Positions 8,142 through 17,097 of a stretch of DNA of 41,174 nt are shown here, one piece after another. The notes beneath the pieces are model-generated. The model worked only from the letters and a program-made list of their open reading frames with translations. It did no database searches and was not told where the DNA came from. Positions within the stretch are counted from its first letter, which is position 1, and every line of letters starts with the position of its first letter. The DNA comes from Candidatus Micrarchaeota archaeon (GTDB lineage: Archaea > Micrarchaeota > Micrarchaeia > Anstonellales > J096): positions 1 through 41,174 of the forward strand of contig JAUQPY010000031.1 in assembly GCA_030550115.1 (NCBI GenBank). The letters run 5' to 3'. Position numbers and translations under genes: made by a program.

Positions 8142-10116
8142 AGAAAGTTACTCCAAAGGAATTACCGCTTATGGGCTCAGCCTGACGCAAGAATCTCAGA
8201 TTCAAGCCTGCAGCCCTACTCTCCAAATATTTATCCCCTATTTCTACATAAGGTACTTTTAGATTTTCATAGGCAGAACTGTAATATAGATTATTTCTGC
8301 TCAATACTAACTCTCCATTCAACAACGCCAATCTAAATATAACTCTGGCTACAGGTTTACTAAATTTTTTGCTCTCTATTACTAGAACTTTACTATTAGG
8401 ATCTGCTGCCAATCCAAATAGTTCTAGTCTCTTCTCAAGATGCCCATCATATCTTAAACATGAATTACTATTATTCAGTATCTCCTGTATTCTAAGGATC
8501 CTCTCAAAATCCCCTATTTCATATATCCGTATCCAAAACTGATCTATACTATCGATTATTTCTCTTATCCTACTATTCTGACGCTTTGTTACACTTTCTA
8601 TAACATTCATCATATTATTCAAATAGTTTTTCATTATCTGAATACCTTGGGGATCTGTAGGTTTAGTTAAGAGAATTTCCCTAAATTTATTCAAATTCTC
8701 CCTGTATTTTCTTCTCTGTTCTTCACTGATATTTGATCGATTCAGAAATAACTGATTATATGATTCTAGTTCAGAGATCACTCCTAAGTTAATCTGTTCG
8801 AATGCATCCCAATAGAACATATAATCTTTCTCTTTATCATCTATCCAATCTTTAGGATTCTTCAATCTTAGATATAGTAGATTTTCTCTGTTTAGGAATC
8901 TGTTATCGTATCTGAATAGGTGCCTATTCTCTGCCTTTTTATAATCCCTAACGTAATCCTGCATTATATTAAAATTATTTATAACGTACATATTATCCAG
9001 TTCTAATTGAACATCACCCTTTTGAGTTATAAACCTAAATATAATATCGACCATCTCGATATCTCTCGTATTGAGCTGCGTTCTAAGCTCTTCTAATATA
9101 TCGTTTTCATCTCTAATAGTTCTGGTATATTCATTTAATCCATATAGTTTAGCTACATCTATAGCAAGAGCTAATAGTCTTGGAGGAATCTTATGGTTTT
9201 TGGTTAGGATACTATAAGAAATTGAGATATCTTTTGTGATAGTATGGAATAATTCTCTATTAAATGTGTTCTTTGAATAGTAATCACCTGTTATTTTTAA
9301 TATCGATTCCACCATAGACATTTCCTGATCAGATTTAATATGAGTTAATAGAGTTGCAACCAGAGATATATTCTGAGTAATTTCCATTAATCTAATCATA
9401 TATATAATAGATTTAGAATTATCCAGATCGAGCAGACTCAAGTGATTGTTAGATACTACGTATTCGATTAATTTCTCCTTGTCATAAGGATAGTCTTGTA
9501 TTGCTCTATAGAAACTTATAACCTTTCTCAACCCTACTTTTGAGTTTGTGATTCCATAATTCAGCAATCTTATTAGTGTATAGTCTTCTGACTCCAATCC
9601 TAATTTTAAATAATCTTCTATAAATGTTTTAACCCAGTTCTCACCTACGCTGGATATAAAACCTAAATCCCTGAACATCAATCTGTAATGTAGTGTCGTG
9701 AGCTGAGATTTTATATCGTTATACAATCTACCAAATGTATATTTGGGTCTTATAGAGAGTTCTTCCTCTAGTGCTATATTGAGCATAGGTATAAATAGTT
9801 CGGGTATAGCAAGCCCATATTTTATTCTCTCTGGCCAATCAAACAATCTCATTGTTCCATAGCCTAATATCAATAATTTAAAGAAGTTATATTCAGATTG
9901 CTTGAGTCGCAAATCTCCTTTAGAATATATATCTAATATATGCCTATAAACTCTTCTCATGTTCTCAGTTGGTAACACAGAGAAGGCCATTAATTCTCTC
10001 GAATTATACTCTCTCTTTTTAATAGCATGGTTTTCTATAAAATTTGCTATGTATCTGTTATTTAATAGTATTGGTGGGGCGTAATCAACCAGTGCTCTAT
10101 ACACAGCTTCCCTCAT
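8134..10116 (-). CDS. Hypothetical protein (660 aa), helical body with C-terminal alpha/beta domain
   Basis: Long ORF; C-terminal SCL..DG...DPNSKVLVI...ARVIFRL...LY pattern; no confident family. Confidence 0.75.
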   Translation of the reverse strand: MREAVYRALVDYAPPILLNNRYIANFIENHAIKKREYNSRELMAFSVLPTENMRRVYRHILDIYSKGDLRLKQSEYNFFKLLILGYGTMRLFDWPERIKYGLAIPELFIPMLNIALEEELSIRPKYTFGRLYNDIKSQLTTLHYRLMFRDLGFISSVGENWVKTFIEDYLKLGLESEDYTLIRLLNYGITNSKVGLRKVISFYRAIQDYPYDKEKLIEYVVSNNHLSLLDLDNSKSIIYMIRLMEITQNISLVATLLTHIKSDQEMSMVESILKITGDYYSKNTFNRELFHTITKDISISYSILTKNHKIPPRLLALAIDVAKLYGLNEYTRTIRDENDILEELRTQLNTRDIEMVDIIFRFITQKGDVQLELDNMYVINNFNIMQDYVRDYKKAENRHLFRYDNRFLNRENLLYLRLKNPKDWIDDKEKDYMFYWDAFEQINLGVISELESYNQLFLNRSNISEEQRRKYRENLNKFREILLTKPTDPQGIQIMKNYLNNMMNVIESVTKRQNSRIREIIDSIDQFWIRIYEIGDFERILRIQEILNNSNSCLRYDGHLEKRLELFGLAADPNSKVLVIESKKFSKPVARVIFRLALLNGELVLSRNNLYYSSAYENLKVPYVEIGDKYLESRAAGLNLRFLRQAEPISGNSFGVTFYE

Positions 10117-10230
10117 GATCTCACGTCTGACATATGATTACAATACCTATAGGGCAACATTCACTGATAATCTGAGCTACTACCATTTTTGATAACATAT
10201 ATATCATATTAATTATATCTGTTTGAATAT

Positions 10231-10238
10231 TTTTAAAA
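10231..10238. promoter_or_regulatory. Palindromic TATA box TTTTAAAA (tRNA-Ile/eL40; possibly also the divergent ORF)
   Basis: TTTAAA starts 30 nt before tRNA-Ile G1 and, on the minus strand, 30 nt before ATG 10207. Confidence 0.65.
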
Positions 10239-10261
10239 TGTTTTGTTTTAGAATAAATTAA

Positions 10262-10336
10262 GGGCCTGTAGCTCAGCTAGGTACGAGCGCTCGACTGATA
10301 ATCGAGAGGTCGTGGGTTCAAATCCCACCAGGCCCA
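10262..10336 (+). tRNA. tRNA-Ile(GAT)
   Basis: GGGCCTG/CAGGCCC-A acceptor; CTCGA-CTGATAA-TCGAG anticodon arm; GTTCAAATC. Confidence 0.97.
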
Positions 10337-10349
10337 TTGGTGATGTGAT

Positions 10350-10502
10350 ATGGGTAAAATACCTGAGGCAAATGCAGAATTATTAGCTATAAAGATATGT
10401 TTAGATTGCAAAACTAAAAACAATATAAACGCAACTAGATGTAGAAAATGTGGTGGAACTAAGTTCAGGAAGAAGGACTTAGCACCAAGAGTTAAGAAAT
10501 AA
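10350..10502 (+). CDS. rpl40e: 50S ribosomal protein L40e, absent from ORF track
   Basis: Manual translation MGKIPEANAELLAIKICLDCKTKNNINATRCRKCGGTKFRKKDLAPRVKK; KICxxC...N...A..CRKC. Confidence 0.93.
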   Translation: MGKIPEANAELLAIKICLDCKTKNNINATRCRKCGGTKFRKKDLAPRVKK

Positions 10503-10540
10503 TTCTTGAAAATTTAGTAGTAAATATAAATAAAAAAAGA

Positions 10541-11521
10541 TTGGTTGTTAGAATTAATATGACCTCAAAGTTTTCAAATAAAGTTATCGAAGAAGCTTCA
10601 GAGAGAATAGTTAAAAAGTTAGAATATGTTATCTCCAAGGAGAATGAAGGTAGAATCAAAGAACCAAAAATAGATATTTCTAAAAATAGGGAGATGATCA
10701 AAAGCATGTTTAGAGAAATGCTCCAGAAATCTAAGGAGGATGCATATAGAAACTATTCAGGATTGATTAGCAACGATCGTAGAAAATTTGAAAATCTATA
10801 TGATGGCTTAATGAAAGAATTGTTCATAAATAGTAATGATGATCTAAGACCAAATATAAGGATAGGACATGATCTTATGATATTCAATCTCACATATGTA
10901 TTCCAGCTCTATCTAGCAAAATTAGAGAAAAATCCCCGAGAGTATTTGATAAAAACTATGGAATTATTAAAGATGATTAATAATGTAAACTCTTATATGT
11001 ATTCAATTATATCCAGATATGCTTCTAGGCTGGACGAGAGGAAATTAGATAAAATAAATATATTCAGTGATAATGAAATTGTTGTTCTGTCTTTTTCTGT
11101 AAACTTTAACAAAAAATATTTAGAACTAGTTACACCTGATCTCTTTCAGACCGAAACCATCAACAATAAATATCCAAAAGAAAATGCCAAAAATATAAAT
11201 CTCACAAAACTAAAAAATTATTCTGTAATACATTTATCAACCACTACTTATGACTCTCTGATCAAACTAGCAAAACAGATCAAGAAACTAGAGAATCTAG
11301 ATTTAAATCAGATTGCCGTTGCTTATGATGAGAATAATCAGAATATCAAAACTTATAAGAATATAAAACTTATATTCCCTCTTATAAGACGTCTTGGGGA
11401 ACTTGGTAATATGGCTATTCGTATCGAAAAATTGGATGATGTAACTAATCAAGGCATTCTGTATATGAACTTGATGGAATTGGGGTTGGATAATCCTTAT
11501 TCAGACAATATTACAGCATAA
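10541..11521 (+). CDS. Hypothetical protein (about 320 aa; start may be ATG 10559)
   Basis: Long AT-rich ORF, K/N/L/I-rich, no motif recognised. Confidence 0.7.
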   Translation: MVVRINMTSKFSNKVIEEASERIVKKLEYVISKENEGRIKEPKIDISKNREMIKSMFREMLQKSKEDAYRNYSGLISNDRRKFENLYDGLMKELFINSNDDLRPNIRIGHDLMIFNLTYVFQLYLAKLEKNPREYLIKTMELLKMINNVNSYMYSIISRYASRLDERKLDKINIFSDNEIVVLSFSVNFNKKYLELVTPDLFQTETINNKYPKENAKNINLTKLKNYSVIHLSTTTYDSLIKLAKQIKKLENLDLNQIAVAYDENNQNIKTYKNIKLIFPLIRRLGELGNMAIRIEKLDDVTNQGILYMNLMELGLDNPYSDNITA

Positions 11522-11552
11522 TCTTTTAAATAGAAATATAAAAATAAAATGT

Positions 11553-12293
11553 ATGTTAGAGAGTAATAGGGCATTCGAGGATAATCTGGAAAAAGTGATA
11601 AATGGTATATCTAATAGGATTAAAGAATTTAATATTGATAAAAATGTTGTCAATATTTCTAACTCTATATTGATATTTGATGAACATAAGAAAGAGGTTT
11701 TGAACCGAATTAGAAAGCTATTAGAGGAGAACCGTGATAAATATAGTAGCTTTTTGGACAGATTAACTAAGAGTAATATTCAGGAAATGCATGAGACTAA
11801 TACAGGAGAAATATATGTGATAAATATCCCTTTAGATGATATGATAAAAAGAAGTATCTATCGAGAAGCACTTTACGATAACGTGGGCTCGCAGAACCCT
11901 CAGGAATTGAATTATGAAATCCACAAGTATCTGGTATTAGATCTGCGTATCATACTAAGCTATACTGATTTTCTGATAGATGTCTTTGCCGACAGAGTTA
12001 GAGATGGGAAACTTAAAGACGGATTTGGTAAAAAAGAGGGACATATTCAAACGATCAATTTTCTACTAGACTTTCTATCGCAAGAACTCCCAAAAATGGA
12101 CGGAGAACAGAGAACTCTATTTAGAGAATATCAAAAATTAATAGAAGACAATCTAAAAACCCTTGAAAACCCAGAGTATATTAAGGTTATCAGCAACTAT
12201 AGAGAATTACAGAACAGTATATCGAGACTTAATGCAGAAATAGAAATAATGAGGAAAGTTGAGCCTACATTCATACCTAGACTCAAAGCTTAG
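11553..12293 (+). CDS. Hypothetical helical protein (246 aa)
   Basis: Long ORF with TTTAAA 28 nt upstream of ATG; no motif recognised. Confidence 0.75.
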   Translation: MLESNRAFEDNLEKVINGISNRIKEFNIDKNVVNISNSILIFDEHKKEVLNRIRKLLEENRDKYSSFLDRLTKSNIQEMHETNTGEIYVINIPLDDMIKRSIYREALYDNVGSQNPQELNYEIHKYLVLDLRIILSYTDFLIDVFADRVRDGKLKDGFGKKEGHIQTINFLLDFLSQELPKMDGEQRTLFREYQKLIEDNLKTLENPEYIKVISNYRELQNSISRLNAEIEIMRKVEPTFIPRLKA

Positions 12294-12325
12294 ATTTTTT
12301 AAAGTATTACATTATTAGTTAATTA

Positions 12326-12398
12326 AGCCCCGTCGTCTAGTGGTCCAGGACACCGGGCTTTGGACCCGGGAACCCAGGTTCGAATCCTGGCGGGGCTA
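12326..12398 (+). tRNA. tRNA-Gln(TTG)
   Basis: AGCCCCG/CGGGGCT-A with the archaeal Gln A1-U72 pair; CCGGG-CTTTGGA-CCCGG anticodon arm. Confidence 0.97.
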
Positions 12399-12460
12399 TG
12401 CACATATTGTTTTAAAAAGCTTCTATAGATATATAATGAAAATCGATAGGTGGTGAGGTA

Positions 12461-13402
12461 ATGACTGATATTAGAAAACCTAGAAGGGGATCTTTGGCTG
12501 TAAGACCGAGGAAGAGGGCAAAGCAGCTGATTTACAAGCTCAAACATATGAAAGTACCTGATAAATACACCTTATCTGGTTTTATTGGATACAAAGTAGG
12601 TATGGTTTCACTCAGTTTCAAGAAAACGGTTGATAAGATAGTTCAGACTGAAGTAGTAGCTGGAACTGTAATTGAAGTCCCTCCTATATTAGTGTATGGG
12701 ATTAGGTATTACTTAAGTGATGGTAAGGTTGTGGATGAGATAAGTGCTGACGAGAATATAAAGAAATTGCTAGGTATGAAAAGAACTCCTAAGTCAGTGA
12801 ATATCGATCCAAAAACCGTAAAATATGTTAGATTGTTAGTGTTATCAGATCCTACTGCTACTGGGGGAGTGGAGGTAAATCATATATTCAGAGCAGAGTT
12901 GGATATTGGAATGCCCAGAGATTCTGTAGAAGAACAGATAAAACTAGCTAGAAATTATTTGGGAAAGAGTGTGAGATTTGCAGATGTTTTTAAAGTAGGG
13001 GATATGGTTAATGTTGGAGCTGTAACCAAAGGTAAGGGTTGGCAAGGTGAGATCAAAAGATTTGGAGTTGCTAAACAGAGGAGAAAAGCTACTGGAAAAG
13101 TTAGACATGTTGGTACTCTAGGTCCTTGGCATCCTCATTACGTTATGTATTATGTTCCAAGAGCAGGTCAGACAGGTTTTCATAACAGATTAGAACTGAA
13201 CAAAACCATTATGGTAATTTCCTCTTCTGATCTGAATATAAAATTTGATCACTATGGGTTTGTAAAATCTGATTATGTAATAGTTAAGGGTAGTGTTCCT
13301 GGAACTGTTAAGAGACCTGTGATGTTAGGAATTTCTAGACGGGGAATGTCAGAGGGAGCTGGGGTTAAGGAGGAACTCAAAGATATTAAGGTGATACTAT
13401 GA
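12461..13402 (+). CDS. rpl3: 50S ribosomal protein L3 (uL3)
   Basis: PRRGSLAVRPRKRA, GYKVGM, TKGKGWQG, RHVGTLGPWHP, PRAGQTGFH. Confidence 0.98.
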   Translation: MTDIRKPRRGSLAVRPRKRAKQLIYKLKHMKVPDKYTLSGFIGYKVGMVSLSFKKTVDKIVQTEVVAGTVIEVPPILVYGIRYYLSDGKVVDEISADENIKKLLGMKRTPKSVNIDPKTVKYVRLLVLSDPTATGGVEVNHIFRAELDIGMPRDSVEEQIKLARNYLGKSVRFADVFKVGDMVNVGAVTKGKGWQGEIKRFGVAKQRRKATGKVRHVGTLGPWHPHYVMYYVPRAGQTGFHNRLELNKTIMVISSSDLNIKFDHYGFVKSDYVIVKGSVPGTVKRPVMLGISRRGMSEGAGVKEELKDIKVIL

Positions 13403-14124
13403 AAATTGAGATTCTGAACCTTGATGGACAAGTTGTTGATTATTTGGATCTACCAGAACTCAGATATATAAGATCCGATCTTATTAGAAGAGCAGTACTC
13501 AGTGAAGAGAGCTATATGTACCAACCTAAAGGTAATTATAGATGGGCTGGTATGGATACCTCAGCTAGATTTGTAGGTAGAGAAGGCATATATGGTTCTT
13601 TGAAAGATCAGGGTCAGGCTAGATTACCTAGAGAACTTTTAGGTGGAGGTAGATATGGTAGGGTTAGAATAGTTCCTCATTCAGTTAAAGGACGAAGAGC
13701 TCACCCTCCAAAACCTGAGAAAGTATTGATAGAAAAGATAAACAACAAGGAGAAGAAACTAGCTATGCTAAATGCAATAATTGGGGCCAAGCTGTTTGTT
13801 GTTAGAGATTTAGACAGTGTGAGTAAAGTTAAAGATGGGAAAAGAGTTATAGAGAAACTCATAGGGGAAATAGATGTGGACAGGAAGAGGATTACTGGAG
13901 TTAGAAGAAAGAGAAAAACCAGAGCCTACAAGGTACCGGTGAGAGTGACTGTTGTTACTGAAAACAATACTAAAGGTTTTGATAACATCCCTGGGGTTAG
14001 ATGTAGGACTGTGAAAAATCTTATGGTTAGAGATATTGCTCCTGGTGGGGAGATAAAGAATAGGAAACTTGTGATATCCGAGAATGCTATGAGAGAATTG
14101 CTATCTAAACTAATTGATATTTAG
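13399..14124 (+). CDS. rpl4: 50S ribosomal protein L4 (uL4)
   Basis: RSDLIRRAV, AGMDTSA, GRRAHPPK, KINNKEK, APGG. Confidence 0.96.
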   Translation: MKIEILNLDGQVVDYLDLPELRYIRSDLIRRAVLSEESYMYQPKGNYRWAGMDTSARFVGREGIYGSLKDQGQARLPRELLGGGRYGRVRIVPHSVKGRRAHPPKPEKVLIEKINNKEKKLAMLNAIIGAKLFVVRDLDSVSKVKDGKRVIEKLIGEIDVDRKRITGVRRKRKTRAYKVPVRVTVVTENNTKGFDNIPGVRCRTVKNLMVRDIAPGGEIKNRKLVISENAMRELLSKLIDI

Positions 14125-14132
14125 GTGATACT

Positions 14133-14375
14133 ATGATAATTGCTATTCTGAGAACTGAGAAGGCTATGAATGATTTAATGAATAATAAATTGTATTTCAT
14201 CGTAGATCTTAGAGCCACAAAGCCTCAGATCAAAGAGTTTGTCGAGAAGAACTTCAATGTAAAAGTGGAATCTGTGAGAACTCATATAAATATGAGAGGC
14301 GAGAAAATAGCTATAGTGAAGTTAGCAAAGGATTATAATGCTAATGAAATATTGGATAAAATCACTATCGGGTGA
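14133..14375 (+). CDS. rpl23: 50S ribosomal protein L23 (uL23)
   Basis: TEKAM, NNKLYFIVD..ATK..IK, GEKIAIVKL. Confidence 0.96.
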   Translation: MIIAILRTEKAMNDLMNNKLYFIVDLRATKPQIKEFVEKNFNVKVESVRTHINMRGEKIAIVKLAKDYNANEILDKITIG

Positions 14376-14380
14376 GTTGT

Positions 14381-15091
14381 ATGGGTAAGAGATTAAAACA
14401 GCAGGTTAGAGGTAAGGGAACTGGAAGATACAGAGTTCCAGATACAATCACAAAATATAAAGTAGAACTACCTAAATCAGAGAATGTTTATATAGGAAAA
14501 GTGGTAGACATCATAGATGATCCGGTTAGAACCGCTGTGATCGCAAAGATAGAATATGAAGGAGGAGTGTTCTATGTGCCTGCAGCAGAAGGTATCTATA
14601 CAGGTAGAGAAATAGAGATAAATGGTCAAACTCCGAAGTTAGGGAATATACTTAAATTGGAGAATATCCCAGATGGATACTATGTTTATATGATTGAGAG
14701 AAGAAAGTTAGATGGAGGGAAGTACATAAGATCTGCTGGAGGATATGCAATAGTCCTATCGAGAGATGAGAAAGGAGTTTATGTGAAGATGCCTAGTAGA
14801 AAAGTTATAGTCTTCCCTAAGGATGCTAGAGCAATTGTAGGGGTAGTGTCTGGAGGAGGATATCTAGATAAGCCATTGGTTAAAGCTGGAAATGCATATT
14901 ACAGATTTAGGAAACTGCATAGAATATGGCCTAGAAATAGAGGAGTTAAGATGTCTCCTTATGACCATCCTCATGGAGGTAAGCAGCACCACGAAGGTAA
15001 AGCAACCACTGTATCAAGAAATGCTGCTCCTGGACAGAAGGTAGGACACATCGCCGCTAGATCTACTGGTAGGAAGAAGTCTAAATCATGA
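14381..15091 (+). CDS. rpl2: 50S ribosomal protein L2 (uL2)
   Basis: MGKR..QQ.RGKG, RGVKMSPYDHPHGG, PGQKVGHIAARSTG. Confidence 0.98.
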   Translation: MGKRLKQQVRGKGTGRYRVPDTITKYKVELPKSENVYIGKVVDIIDDPVRTAVIAKIEYEGGVFYVPAAEGIYTGREIEINGQTPKLGNILKLENIPDGYYVYMIERRKLDGGKYIRSAGGYAIVLSRDEKGVYVKMPSRKVIVFPKDARAIVGVVSGGGYLDKPLVKAGNAYYRFRKLHRIWPRNRGVKMSPYDHPHGGKQHHEGKATTVSRNAAPGQKVGHIAARSTGRKKSKS

Positions 15092-15106
15092 TATTGAGGT
15101 GAGAAT

Positions 15107-15526
15107 ATGTATAGTTATCAACCTAATCTTAGAAAAGGATATTCTGAGGATGATCTGAAGAAACTCGATATAGAATCTGCTATGAAGTTGGTTAAGAGCA
15201 GAGCTAGAAGAGCTATTAAGAGAGCTCTGGAAGGGAAATCTATAGAATTTAGAAAATTAATTCTTAAAGTTAGAAAACTTAAGGAGAAAAACTCTAAGAA
15301 ATTGCAAGAGGGTATTAAGACTCATTGTAGAGAGGCAGTCATTTTGCCAGAATGGATAGGCCTGAAATTCTTAGTTTATAATGGTAAGGAATGGAAACCT
15401 GTAGAGATTTCGATGGAAAAGGTAGGACATAGATTGGGAGAATTTGCATTTACAACTAAATTTGAGAAACACGCTGGTCCAGGTATTGGAGCTACTAGAG
15501 GTAGTAAGTTCATAGCTATGAAGTGA
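15107..15526 (+). CDS. rps19: 30S ribosomal protein S19 (uS19)
   Basis: KTHCRE.VILPE, YNGK, GHRLGEF, GIGATRGSKF. Confidence 0.97.
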   Translation: MYSYQPNLRKGYSEDDLKKLDIESAMKLVKSRARRAIKRALEGKSIEFRKLILKVRKLKEKNSKKLQEGIKTHCREAVILPEWIGLKFLVYNGKEWKPVEISMEKVGHRLGEFAFTTKFEKHAGPGIGATRGSKFIAMK

Positions 15527-15960
15527 TGTTTATGAAAATTGCAAGAGCATCTATTGAAGGTGTAGATGCATCATACAAGGATTTAGTGGAAATAGCAAGT
15601 TTTATTAGATACAAAACATTAGTTCAGGCCAGAGAGTTACTTGAACAGGTAATAAGAGGGGAGAGATATGTGCCATATCGTAGGTACAATAAGAAAATGG
15701 GGCATAGGAAACACGGGGAAAAAGGAAGATACCCAAAGAAAGAGGCCAAGATAATGCTGAAGCTTCTGAACTCATGTGCTGCAAATGCTAGACAGGCAGG
15801 AATGGATGAGAACAATCTTAAGATCATACATGTAGCTGCTAATAAGAAAGCGATTTATTACAGAATTCAACCTAAAGGTAAACCTTTCAGACAGAGATAT
15901 GTTTTGTCACGAGCTGAGATTATATTGGGTGAGATAGATGCTAAAGGAGCAAAGGATTAA
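15523..15960 (+). CDS. rpl22: 50S ribosomal protein L22 (uL22); start may be ATG 15532
   Basis: SYKDLVEIA, VPYRRYNKKMGH, GRYPKK, ANA. Confidence 0.96.
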   Translation: MMFMKIARASIEGVDASYKDLVEIASFIRYKTLVQARELLEQVIRGERYVPYRRYNKKMGHRKHGEKGRYPKKEAKIMLKLLNSCAANARQAGMDENNLKIIHVAANKKAIYYRIQPKGKPFRQRYVLSRAEIILGEIDAKGAKD

Positions 15961-16606
15961 ATTCATCAATAACAGGATCTCAGAGATAATTATTGCAGAG
16001 GAACTCAAACACATGCTAAAGAATATAGGTGTAGTAGTTATCAATCTTAGAATTCAGAAGCTACCTATGGAAACCAAGATAAGCTTAGAGTATTTCCCTG
16101 TGAGTAAGGAATATGCGAATAGGAATGATCTAATCCAGAAAATTAGAGAGTTTGTAACCAACACATTCAGAATTCAGAATATAAATGTAGAGGTTAGTAG
16201 AACTAGAAATTATATCATGGAACCCGCTGTAATAGCTACTTTTATAGAAGAAGCTTTACAGACAAACAAACCAATTAGAAATATAATATATAGGTATCTC
16301 TACAAAATCAAAGAAGCAGGAGCTATAGGAGGGGAGATATACGTTAAAGGTAAGTTGGGTGCTAGAGGAGCTAAGGCAAGGAAGATCAAAGCATCTTTTG
16401 GGTTTATCCCTAAGGCAGGAGATTTGAGAAAATATGTTAAAATGATTAATTATCAAGCGGTAACCAAAGCAGGAGTAGTAGGAGTAGAGGTTATGATAAC
16501 TCCTCCAGAAGTGGAGCCATATTTGAAACCTCAACAGAAAGAGAAAGTCAAGAGAGAGATAGAGATCAAGCCAGATGAAGATATAGATGAATCATCTGAA
16601 GAATAG
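15938..16606 (+). CDS. rps3: 30S ribosomal protein S3 (uS3), divergent
   Basis: AGAIGGEIYVKGKL, G.IPKAG, TKAGVVGVEVMITPP; synteny. Confidence 0.92.
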   Translation: MLKEQRIKFINNRISEIIIAEELKHMLKNIGVVVINLRIQKLPMETKISLEYFPVSKEYANRNDLIQKIREFVTNTFRIQNINVEVSRTRNYIMEPAVIATFIEEALQTNKPIRNIIYRYLYKIKEAGAIGGEIYVKGKLGARGAKARKIKASFGFIPKAGDLRKYVKMINYQAVTKAGVVGVEVMITPPEVEPYLKPQQKEKVKREIEIKPDEDIDESSEE

Positions 16607-16640
16607 ATTTTTAAAATGTTTTTCCTATAAATAAATCAAT

Positions 16641-16808
16641 ATGAAACCTAAAGAACTAAGAGATATGAGTAATGATGAACTGCTTGCTCTTGAGAGAAAT
16701 CTGCGATTGTTACTTCTTAAAACAGATAGAATAAAGAGAAGGCCAATACGAAGAGAGATAGCTAGGGTTCTAACTGTCCTAGGTGAAAGGGGAATAAAAA
16801 TTGGCTAA
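16641..16808 (+). CDS. rpl29: 50S ribosomal protein L29 (uL29), absent from ORF track
   Basis: Manual translation MKPKELRDMSNDEL...IRREIARVLTVLGE; between uS3 and aIF1. Confidence 0.93.
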   Translation: MKPKELRDMSNDELLALERNLRLLLLKTDRIKRRPIRREIARVLTVLGERGIKIG

Positions 16809-17097
16809 GATTAACATCCCTGGATTTGATAATGAGATTGATTTTGAGAAAGAGGATATCTCAGTAAGAATTAAAATATACACAGAAACTTCAAAATTCA
16901 ATAAACTAGTTACAGTGATTTCTGGAGTAGGCAAGAAAAATTTAGAGGAGGTAGCAAAGTTTCTGAAGAAAAAATTGGCGTGTGGTGGTACTATCAGAGA
17001 TGATGGGGCGATAGTATTACAAGGAGATCATAAAAAGAGAGTACCTGGATTGCTGAAAGAATTCGGTTACAAAGAGGAACAGTTTGAATTATTGTAA
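16801..17097 (+). CDS. sui1: Translation initiation factor aIF1 / SUI1
   Basis: KLVTVISG, LKKKLACGGT, LQGDH; TTG start after GGTGA. Confidence 0.95.
   Translation: MAKINIPGFDNEIDFEKEDISVRIKIYTETSKFNKLVTVISGVGKKNLEEVAKFLKKKLACGGTIRDDGAIVLQGDHKKRVPGLLKEFGYKEEQFELL

Noticed and set aside
7556-12398. Integrated element between tRNAs
   Set aside because: No integrase or transposase, no duplicated tRNA segment (att site) seen, and essential eL40 lies inside
7432-12398. Split, permuted or intron-containing tRNAs
   Set aside because: All four tRNAs are contiguous 72-75 nt cloverleafs with no bulge-helix-bulge insert
12323-12547. 74-aa minus-strand ORF
   Set aside because: Antisense to tRNA-Gln and the start of rpl3
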